From an uncultured Planctomycetia bacterium (GTDB lineage Bacteria; Planctomycetota; Phycisphaerae; Phycisphaerales; SM1A02), in contig CALMPF010000023.1 in assembly GCA_937871505.1 (NCBI GenBank), forward strand, positions 471 through 64,470: 64,000 nucleotides of DNA, given 5' to 3'. The notes beneath the pieces were generated by a model. It made no database searches and was not told where the DNA came from. It saw nothing but the letters and a program-made list of their open reading frames with translations. Each line of letters starts with the position of its first letter. The stretch's first letter is position 1. Of this stretch, positions 1 through 6,812 are shown piece by piece. The position numbers and the translations under genes are program-made.

Positions 1-294
1 CCACGCTGCACGGACCGAGGGATGGGCAACGCGCGGAGGGCCTCGACGCGAAGCCGGCTGCGGAGAAGAGGCCGGAACTGGAAGCTGCGGTGCTCCGCGC
101 CACCGGCATCGATGCCCCTGATCGGGTGCGCGCAAAAGGCCCGCACTCAGGCCCGCACTCGGTGCGCGAAACGGGGGAATCTCGGCGCGACGCGGCGCGA
201 CGACCAGACCGACGACGGCGCTACCGCGACCAACCTGAAGCCATCGCGCGATGCGGAGTTGCGCGACGATGCGCGGCGTGGCGCGGCGTCCTGC

Positions 295-341
295 GGAAAT
301 GCCTCGTCAAGGACTCGAACCTTGAACCCGCTGATTAAGAG
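295..341. repeat. attL: partial copy of the tRNA-Lys 3' part
   Basis: GGAAATGCCTCGTCAAGGACTCGAACCTTGAACCCGCTGATTAAGAG is identical to 41679-41725. Identity stops at 342 (C versus T at 41726), so no complete tRNA is present here. Confidence 0.85.
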
Positions 342-608
342 CGCGCGCCATGCTGACTCTCAATCAGCGCCGGATGCACGGTTTGCGATCGCGGGGACGG
401 ACCCCCTTGCGCAAACCTTGCGCGACGACGACGAGGGTCGGACGCGGAGCGTGCCCTCGACCAGGTCGGGGCGCGAGGAGCCCGGGACCCGGTCGCACGC
501 CCGGGAGCGCGCCGACGCGGGTCACGAGCCTGATCTGGAGACGGCCATGCAGCGCGTGCTGGATCTCGCGCGGTCGCCCGAGGGCCGCGCGACGAGAGGG
601 GGTGCGGC

Positions 609-1088
609 GTGAGCGATCACCGCATCACCATCACCCCCGAGGCGTGCAGGCTCGCCGCCGCAGACGTCTGGCTGCGACTCAGCTACGTCGAGCTGATCGT
701 GCGCGGGATCGAGCCCGGACCCGATCGCGACATGATCCTGCGAGACCTCGTCGAGCCGATGGTCCGCTCGCTCGCGGAGTGGTGCTCCCAGTTCCGCGGC
801 CACGACGGACAGACGCGGGACCGCCACGAGGAGCATGTGCGGCGGCTCGCCGCGGCGATGGAGCGGCTCGGCGAGACCCCATCGGATGTCGTCGCCTGCG
901 ACCTCCGCGAGCTCGCCGGACGGCACCGCGTGACGCCCGAACAGCTCCTGATCGCAGCGGTCGCGCTCGACCCGGAGCGCGGTCTGGCGAGCGAGTCCGC
1001 CCTCCTCGACCTCGACGAGGGCGACGGCGCGAGGATCGCCGCGATGCTCCGCGAGCTCGCCGAGCGGCTCATGGAGGCGGCGCGATGA
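609..1088 (+). CDS. Hypothetical phage protein (159 aa)
   Basis: The ORF has balanced amino-acid composition and its stop overlaps the next start (ATGA at 1085). I recognised no family. Confidence 0.5.
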   Translation: MSDHRITITPEACRLAAADVWLRLSYVELIVRGIEPGPDRDMILRDLVEPMVRSLAEWCSQFRGHDGQTRDRHEEHVRRLAAAMERLGETPSDVVACDLRELAGRHRVTPEQLLIAAVALDPERGLASESALLDLDEGDGARIAAMLRELAERLMEAAR

Positions 1089-1465
1089 GCACCACGCACC
1101 GCACGCTCGACGAGGGTCGGCTCGAGGACATCAGGTCGATGCTGGTCTCCTCAGAGCTCTCCCGGTGGACGCTGCACATCCTGCTCTGCCGCGGAGTCCA
1201 GCCATGGGAGATCGTCGCGTGGCTCGAGCTGCACCAGGGCGTCAGCCGTGGCTGGATCTGGTGCACGCTCAGGTCGGCCGGCTGGCCAGTCGATCAGTGC
1301 GTCGCGGCGTTCAGGCTCGCGCGGTGGTCGGCGGATGAGGTCATCAGGGCCGCGCTGAGGCACCCGGCGAGGTCGATGGTCGGATGCGGATGGCGGCGCG
1401 GCGAGATGGCGGCGGCGCTCCGCGGGATCGCGGAGCGGCTCGAACGAGACCAGGAGGACCAGTGA
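1085..1465 (+). CDS. Hypothetical phage protein (126 aa)
   Basis: Internal ATG of ORF 350-1465 that overlaps the upstream stop. The product begins MSTTHRTLDEGRLEDIRS. The upstream part of the listed ORF is Arg/Pro-rich and looks like an artefact. Confidence 0.45.
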   Translation: MSTTHRTLDEGRLEDIRSMLVSSELSRWTLHILLCRGVQPWEIVAWLELHQGVSRGWIWCTLRSAGWPVDQCVAAFRLARWSADEVIRAALRHPARSMVGCGWRRGEMAAALRGIAERLERDQEDQ

Positions 1466-1695
1466 TGGCATGGAGTCCAGCACCCCAGGTGCAGGTGGCG
1501 CGAGACGCGGCCGACGCGATGGAGCGTGCCGCAGGCACGCGCATCGATCGATGCATCGTGCTCTACACGACCGCTGACGGCGCCCTCGGCTACGCGAGCT
1601 TCGGGCGCACGAGGGCGCTCTGCGCGTCAGCGCGCAAGGTCGCCGACGCCGCATACGAGCACGTGATGGAGCGGTGGGAGGAGATCGGGCCATGA
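1465..1695 (+). CDS. Hypothetical phage protein (76 aa)
   Basis: ATG at 1465 overlaps the upstream TGA (TGATG). The product begins MAWSPAPQVQVARDAADAMERAAG. Confidence 0.4.
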   Translation: MAWSPAPQVQVARDAADAMERAAGTRIDRCIVLYTTADGALGYASFGRTRALCASARKVADAAYEHVMERWEEIGP

Positions 1696-2177
1696 GCGCC
1701 GCACCGCCCAACCACAACCCGGCCCCGCAGCACTCGGCGCCGGTGGTCCAGATCCGTCCGACGCCAGCAGCAGGACCGCACACCATGACCCCAGAGCATC
1801 AGCATCTCCTCGAGCGCATCGCAGCCGCACTGGAGGAGCTTGCGCGGCCGTCGATCGTCCGTCGACCGACGGTGCAGCGATACGGCGCCGGGTGGGTCGC
1901 AGGCGACGACATCGACATCGGCGTCGTCGGCCATGGCCCGTCGCCACGCGGGGCGTGCGCCGCGTATGACACCGCCTTCCGCCGCAGTGCGGAAGGGGGT
2001 TCGGCAGTGCGCATGGGACTGGTCAAGCCAGTCCCGTGCCAAGCGTGCCTCAGCCTCGGTGATTCGGAGGCTGCTGCGGCCGTCCGTGTCCTACAGAGCA
2101 AGGGCATCACGCCAGATCAGGCGGCGGCGCTGATGAAGAGTGAAGCGGCGTGGAAGCGGGAAGGGGCCGAGCCATGA
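1692..2177 (+). CDS. Hypothetical phage protein (161 aa)
   Basis: ATGA overlap with the upstream stop at 1692-1695. I recognised no family. Confidence 0.4.
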   Translation: MSAAPPNHNPAPQHSAPVVQIRPTPAAGPHTMTPEHQHLLERIAAALEELARPSIVRRPTVQRYGAGWVAGDDIDIGVVGHGPSPRGACAAYDTAFRRSAEGGSAVRMGLVKPVPCQACLSLGDSEAAAAVRVLQSKGITPDQAAALMKSEAAWKREGAEP

Positions 2178-2782
2178 TGCACCCCCCGCACCCAACGCGG
2201 CTCGACCACTGGACGACGCCCGGTGTGACGTGGGCGTCGATCGACCCGTCGTCGACCCGCACCGGCGTCGCGATCTGGCGCCCACCGGACGCGGTCCCGT
2301 TGCTCGTCGCCCTCTGCGGCGGGTCTGCGAGTGATCCGTGCGTCCGCATCGACCGGATCGTCGAGCTGCTCGCGGACCTGATCCACCATCGACGCGTGCG
2401 CGGCGTGGTGATCGAGATCCCGAGCGGCCGCGTCGGCACCGGCGCCCGTGCAGGCGCCACCGGCCACCTCGCGATCTACGGCATGGCCGTAGGCGCGATC
2501 CGGCAGGCGTGCCTGTCGATGCTCGGAGGGGCGCAGGACCAGGTGATCTCCGTCGACGAGCGCACGTGGACGCGGCGGCGTCCGCAGCGCTCGAGGATCG
2601 CCCTCGCCCGCGCGATCGCGCCGGAGCTGGTCCACCGCTCCGACCCGGGCGGAGATCTCGCCGACGCCGTCGCGCTCGGCGCGTGGTGGAGCGATCAGTT
2701 GCCGCTGCTGGCCGCGATCAACATGGCGACGGACTCGCACGACGCCGGCATCGTGCGGCGCCGGAAGGGGGCTCGACGGTGA
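2174..2782 (+). CDS. RuvC-like Holliday junction resolvase
   Basis: WASIDPSSTRTGVA resembles the RuvC GIDPG..tG motif, VVIEIP carries an acidic residue, and GGDLADAVALGAWW resembles the DAADALAIA motif. The start overlaps the upstream stop (ATGA). Confidence 0.65.
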   Translation: MMHPPHPTRLDHWTTPGVTWASIDPSSTRTGVAIWRPPDAVPLLVALCGGSASDPCVRIDRIVELLADLIHHRRVRGVVIEIPSGRVGTGARAGATGHLAIYGMAVGAIRQACLSMLGGAQDQVISVDERTWTRRRPQRSRIALARAIAPELVHRSDPGGDLADAVALGAWWSDQLPLLAAINMATDSHDAGIVRRRKGARR

Positions 2783-3156
2783 TCGCTGCGCCGCGTCCGA
2801 TGAGGCCGATCGACATCGCGTCGGCAGCGATGCGGGTCGTCGGCATCCCGCAGGGAGAGATCGTCTCCAGATCGCGCCGGCCCGAACTCGTCCGTGCCCG
2901 CGAGCTGATCGCGGCTGCGGTCCGGACGCTGACTGATGCGTCGCTGCCCGAGATCGGGCGGCTGATGTGTCGGTACCACACGTCCGTCATGGTCATGGTG
3001 CGACGCTGGATGAGGCGACCGCCAGAGGACCGCGAGGAGCTCCTCCACCGCGTGATGCTCGAGACGCTGAGACCGTCGAGAGCGCGGTGGGTGGTGGTGA
3101 CGAGAGATCGCAGCGGCGGCAGCAGAGTGAGAGGAGGACATCGGTGGCACGGCTGA
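2779..3156 (+). CDS. DnaA domain IV-like helix-turn-helix protein
   Basis: GEIVSRSRRPELVRARELIAAAVRTLTDASLPEIGRLMCRYHTSVMVMVRRW resembles the DnaA C-terminal pattern (R...aR..amyl...t..Sl.eIG..f...HsTV). GTG start overlaps the upstream stop (GTGA). Confidence 0.5.
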   Translation: MIAAPRPMRPIDIASAAMRVVGIPQGEIVSRSRRPELVRARELIAAAVRTLTDASLPEIGRLMCRYHTSVMVMVRRWMRRPPEDREELLHRVMLETLRPSRARWVVVTRDRSGGSRVRGGHRWHG

Positions 3157-4298
3157 CAGACAGACTCTCGATGCTCGCATCGGCCAGCTTCTCGGCACTC
3201 ATGGATCGGCGCCGAGCGCGTGGTGCCACCACCGTGTCACCCGCCGTGACCAGGGCCGTCGTCTGGGCGCTCGTGCAGCACGCGGACACGTCGGGTGTGA
3301 GCTATCCGTCGATCGAGACGCTCGCCCGAGAGAGCGACAGCTCGACGCGATCGGCGAAGCGGGTGATCGCGGTGCTCCGCGAGGAGGGCATCGTGGTGGT
3401 GCGGCGGCGCAATCACGGCGCCGCCGCCGGCCGCAAGCTCGGTCAATCGATCGAGGGCGCGACGAACGTCTATCGGATCGACTGGGATGCCTTCGCGCGG
3501 CTGAGCGAGTCCGCGCCGACCACCGCAGGAACAGGGGCCAGCCCGACCCCTGAACATGGGCCAGGTGGGCCCTTGAACAGGGGCCAGCCTGTCCACGATC
3601 AGGGGCCAGCCTGTCCACGATCAGGGGCCAGCGTGGCCCCGAAACTGTCCAGTGAACCGTCCAGAGAACCCCCCCCAGCCCCCCGAGGGGGCGAAGGGGG
3701 GGGGGCGGAGGAGTCGATCATCGACGACGCCGAGCGACGGCCGGCTCCGTCGACCGATCGCCAGTGGGCGTCGGAGATCACGTCCCGCTACCCGCTGGTC
3801 GCGGGAGCGCTGCCGATGTCCGACGAGAACGCCGTCGTCGCGGCGATCGTCGCCGAGCGAGCGTGGCCGGACGGCGCGACGCCGAGCGAGATCGCTGCCG
3901 CGGTCGACGAGCTGCGCGTCCGCGTCGACCGCGGCGAACTGCGGCGGCCTGTGTGGCTGCGGAGGTGGTCGGCTGAGCGCGGGTACTGGCCGTTCGTCGC
4001 GGTCGCTCGCGAGGCTGCGGCTGCCGCGGCGTCGAGAGACGCGGTCGCTGTCGCCGGCAGGATCGGCGCAGCCGCGACAGCCGAGGCTGAGCGTGACCGG
4101 CTGGCTCGCGATCGAGCGGCGACCGAGGCAGAGCTCTCGGTGCTCACGGCCGCGGAGTACGCCGAGCTCGTCGGCAAGGTGCGAGCCGACGTGCCTGCCG
4201 CGGAGCGGTTGAGCGACCACGGCCCGATCATGCGATTGCTGGTCTCGGCGCGGATCCGGGAGCGGAGCGAGAGCCAGGTGGAGGTGGAGGCATGCTGA
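3144..4298 (+). CDS. Phage replication initiator-like HTH protein (contains iterons)
   Basis: YPSIETLARESDSSTRSAKRVIAVLREEGIVVVRRR is a typical winged-HTH of phage or plasmid replication proteins. GTG start follows GAGGAGGA. Tandem iterons lie inside the gene, as in lambda O. Confidence 0.55.
   Translation: MARLTDRLSMLASASFSALMDRRRARGATTVSPAVTRAVVWALVQHADTSGVSYPSIETLARESDSSTRSAKRVIAVLREEGIVVVRRRNHGAAAGRKLGQSIEGATNVYRIDWDAFARLSESAPTTAGTGASPTPEHGPGGPLNRGQPVHDQGPACPRSGASVAPKLSSEPSREPPPAPRGGEGGGAEESIIDDAERRPAPSTDRQWASEITSRYPLVAGALPMSDENAVVAAIVAERAWPDGATPSEIAAAVDELRVRVDRGELRRPVWLRRWSAERGYWPFVAVAREAAAAAASRDAVAVAGRIGAAATAEAERDRLARDRAATEAELSVLTAAEYAELVGKVRADVPAAERLSDHGPIMRLLVSARIRERSESQVEVEAC
3531..3633. 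repeat. Iteron cluster (putative phage origin) inside the initiator gene
   Basis: The motif CAGGGGCCAGC occurs four times (3532, 3578, 3600, 3622). Two of these are exact 22-bp tandem units, CAGGGGCCAGCCTGTCCACGAT, at 3578-3599 and 3600-3621. Confidence 0.5.
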
Positions 4299-4519
4299 CG
4301 CACGCTGAGCCAGGGGACGTCGTGCAGGTCGTCTCGCCGGTCGATGGCAGAGCTCGGCTCGCGATGCTGGTCGAGCGGCATCCTCGACCCCACCCGGAGC
4401 ACGGGCCTGGATGGATCATCCGCACCGCCCGGGAACCGGCGCGCGGCTGCGTCGAGACGTGGCTTGAGTGCCACCTGCGGTGGCCGCAGCGCGCGGCCGA
4501 GGAGTCCACACCATGCTGA
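4292..4519 (+). CDS. Hypothetical small protein (75 aa), coupled to the TnpB/Cas12-like gene
   Basis: There are ATGCTGA overlaps at both ends (4292 and 4513). I recognised no family. Confidence 0.45.
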   Translation: MLTHAEPGDVVQVVSPVDGRARLAMLVERHPRPHPEHGPGWIIRTAREPARGCVETWLECHLRWPQRAAEESTPC

Positions 4520-5775
4520 CCGTCACCAGTCGCTGCACGTGCTCGCGGTGTGCCGTCGAGCGCGACGGCAAGCCGGCCAAGGACGGCTCCGCCAAGCTGC
4601 CGCGCGGCTGGAAGCGGTGGTGCGACGCGCTCTGGTGCGACACCTGCTGGCGTCGCGGGTGGTCCATGAGGGCGGTGTCGATGCCGATTGCGTCGGCCGC
4701 ACGGGATGGCGAGCAGATCGAGCGCAGCGCGCTGCGCGATCTCATCCGGGCAGCCTGCCAGATGGCGTCGACCGCTGCGAACATCGTCATCCGCGAGTGT
4801 GTCGCGACGGACATCGTCAGGCTTCCGGGCATGGCCAAGCTGCCGCCGATGCCAGCGTTCCCGCCTGGCCCGACGGGCAAGGCATCGACGCACGTCTACC
4901 ACCGCGTCCGCGCCGCGCTGCCTGACCTCGACCCACAGAGCGTGACGAGCATCGTGCAGGCCGCGCAGCGGAAGTGGAGCGCGTCGCGGTTCGATGTCGT
5001 CTGGCGTCGCTCGGCGGCGCCGCCGTCCTACCGCGACGACATGCCGTGCCCGATCGCGGCTGCGGCGACGTCTGTCGCGATGGACGGAGATCGCGCCGTG
5101 GTGTCGATCAGGCTCGGGCGCAGCCGCGTCGCCTGCACCATGGTGCAGGGTGCCGAGTGGAGGCGTCAGCTCGCGACGCTGCGCCGGATCGCGTCCCGCG
5201 AGTGGCCCGGCGGAGAGGCATCGGTCTACCTGCGCGACGGCAGACCGATGATCAAGGTCTGTGCGTGGGTGCCAGTCTCGGCACCGCGAGAGACCGATGG
5301 CGTGCTCTCAGTGCGCACCTGCGGCGACCACATGCTCACCCTGACGGTCGGTCAGACGGTGCGCAGAGTCAACTGCGACCGCGATCGCCGGATGCTGGAG
5401 ACTCACGATCGTCGGCTCCAGCGCTGGAGCGACGACATGAAGCCGGAGGTCAGGCCACCGTCGATGGTCGCTGAGCACCTGCAGGAGGATCGCGAGATCG
5501 CGTGTCGCGCGCGGGCTCGCGTCGTCGACACGCTGACGCACACGCTGTCGTCGATCGTCGCGGGACTCGCTCGCCGCCGTCGCGTCGCGCGAGTGGTGTA
5601 CGACAACACCGACCGGACCTACATGTCTGGATCGTTCCCGTGGCACATGCTGGCTGAGCGGATCCGCCAGAAGGTCGCGGCGAACGGACAGGAGATGCTG
5701 ACCATCACGCCTGACGCGAGCACGAGGGTGGTGGCACCCCCTCAGGAGATGCTCGCGAGTGAGGCGGGACAATGA
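4513..5775 (+). CDS. Compact TnpB/Cas12-like protein (420 aa), apparently lacking the Zn-finger/RuvC-III segment; has an N-terminal CxxC...CxxC zinc ribbon
   Basis: The gene sits immediately upstream of the CRISPR array. By eye it is colinear with TnpB in five segments:
- MRAVSMPIAS..AANIVIREC (N-terminal strand plus helix).
- AAQRKWSASRFDVVWRRSAAPPSYRDDMPCPI (WED, PrFK-like).
- GVLSVRTCGDHMLTLTV (RuvC-I strand; Leu at the Asp position).
- RVARVVYDNTD (RuvC-II strand; Asp for Glu).
- SFPWHMLAERIRQKVAANGQEM.
The ORF ends about 20 aa after the last segment. The family call is an inference; that it is a real CDS is more secure. Confidence 0.5.
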   Translation: MLTVTSRCTCSRCAVERDGKPAKDGSAKLPRGWKRWCDALWCDTCWRRGWSMRAVSMPIASAARDGEQIERSALRDLIRAACQMASTAANIVIRECVATDIVRLPGMAKLPPMPAFPPGPTGKASTHVYHRVRAALPDLDPQSVTSIVQAAQRKWSASRFDVVWRRSAAPPSYRDDMPCPIAAAATSVAMDGDRAVVSIRLGRSRVACTMVQGAEWRRQLATLRRIASREWPGGEASVYLRDGRPMIKVCAWVPVSAPRETDGVLSVRTCGDHMLTLTVGQTVRRVNCDRDRRMLETHDRRLQRWSDDMKPEVRPPSMVAEHLQEDREIACRARARVVDTLTHTLSSIVAGLARRRRVARVVYDNTDRTYMSGSFPWHMLAERIRQKVAANGQEMLTITPDASTRVVAPPQEMLASEAGQ

Positions 5776-5885
5776 CTTGCGGCCACCACCAGGCCGAGTG
5801 CGAGGAGGGATCGGACGTTGACCGCCGATCACGCTCGCGGAATGCCGCGGAAGTGGCGGGGATATCTGGCCTTGCGCCAGCGGCC

Positions 5886-6403
5886 CCCGCGGTGCCTCGA
5901 TCGACGATCAGGGACTGTGGGTCCAGCAGCGGGTCACCAGCGCCGTCGCAGATCACCCCGCGGTGCCTCGATCGACGATCAGGGACTGTGGGGCGGGTAC
6001 CTACGGCACTGGCGACACCGCCGTCGACGCCCGCGGTGCCTCGATCGACGATCAGGGACTGTGGGGACCCGGCCAAGGCGCAGCTCAACACCTTCGTCGC
6101 CCCCGCGGTGCCTCGATCGACGATCAGGGACTGTGGGGGTGGCGACCGTCCCGAAGCTCGGCCAGGCGATGCGCCCCGCGGTGCCTCGATCGACGATCAG
6201 GGACTGTGGGGCTCGGGCCCCGACGCCCGCGGTGCCTCGATCAACGATCAGGACTGTGGGTTCGTGCCCTACGCCGAGATGTGCGCGACGCTCACCCCCG
6301 CGGTGCCTCGATCGACGATCAGGGACTGTGGGTGTGCAGGTCGCCGCGATGCTCGAAGCCGATGGCCCCCGCGGTGCCTCGATCGACGATCAGGGACTGT
6401 GGG
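5886..6403. CRISPR. CRISPR array, 8 repeats and 7 spacers, carried by the prophage
   Basis: The 36-bp repeat CCCGCGGTGCCTCGATCGACGATCAGGGACTGTGGG starts at 5886, 5957, 6030, 6102, 6175, 6226, 6297 and 6368. The copy at 6226 is 35 bp and degenerate. The spacers are unique, with lengths 35, 37, 36, 37, 15, 36 and 35 bp. Confidence 0.85.
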
Positions 6404-6458
6404 ACGAGCTTGCGAGCCTGTGCCATGGACGCCGTCATCGAGTCGACGGGAGGCTCCA

Positions 6459-6812
6459 GTGAGCACGCTGCGCCCGCGCAACCCAGTGCATCGCCTGCCG
6501 TCGTGGGCCGAGCTCCAATCGCTGCCGCCTGAGGCCTGGGACGGCCTCAGGCGCGTCCTGCTCGACCTGCGGAGCGAGGCCAACGAGCTCGCGGAGACCG
6601 CGTGGCGGCGGCGCAAGGGCCCGATGGCCGCCTACTGGCGGGCCGTCTCGACCTACGCCAGGCACCTGGCCGGCTGCTGCGTGCCCCCCCGCGGGTCCTC
6701 CCCGGGCCCTGATTCGCCCGCGACACCCAAGGGAACAGTCGCAAAACGAGACAGACTTTCTTTCGCGCGGCCAGTCCGATCCAACCCCCTTCCGGGACCA
6801 GAAACGCGATGA
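6459..6812 (+). CDS. Hypothetical protein (117 aa) downstream of the array
   Basis: GTG start follows GGGAGG, and the stop overlaps the ParB-methylase start (ATGA at 6809). The product begins STLRPRNPVHRLPSWAELQSLPPEAWDGLRRVLLDLRSEANELAETAW. Confidence 0.45.
   Translation: MSTLRPRNPVHRLPSWAELQSLPPEAWDGLRRVLLDLRSEANELAETAWRRRKGPMAAYWRAVSTYARHLAGCCVPPRGSSPGPDSPATPKGTVAKRDRLSFARPVRSNPLPGPETR

Noticed and set aside
295-345. Possible second tRNA gene at the left end.
   Set aside because: Only the 3' 42 nt of the tRNA (within the 47-bp repeat) are present. Similarity stops at 342, and no acceptor 5' strand or D-arm follows. This is attL, not a gene.
22-612. 196-aa ORF crossing attL.
   Set aside because: It reads through the att core and tRNA fragment, and its composition is Arg/Asp-rich. 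A short real gene could hide in its 3' part (350-608), but I cannot support one.
5818-5846. Array leader promoter TTGACC-N17-AATGCC between the effector gene and the first repeat.
   Set aside because: The -10 candidate matches consensus at only 2 of 6 positions. The array may simply be co-transcribed with the upstream operon, so I did not annotate it as a feature.
5700-5885. tracrRNA/anti-repeat or omega-RNA scaffold near the 3' end of gene 4513-5775.
   Set aside because: I found no convincing complement to the repeat beyond CCGCGG-type hexamers, which are frequent in this GC context. This needs computational folding and alignment or RNA-seq.
5772-6812. Three overlapping plus-strand ORFs (5772-6812, 5818-6462, 5963-6532) with repeated peptides such as AVPRSTIRDCG, PRCLDRRSGTVG and RGASIDDQGLWG.
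   Set aside because: These peptides are the three reading frames of the 36-bp CRISPR repeat. High GC keeps all frames open, so the periodic peptides are translation artefacts. Only the portion from 6459 onward is kept as a possible gene.
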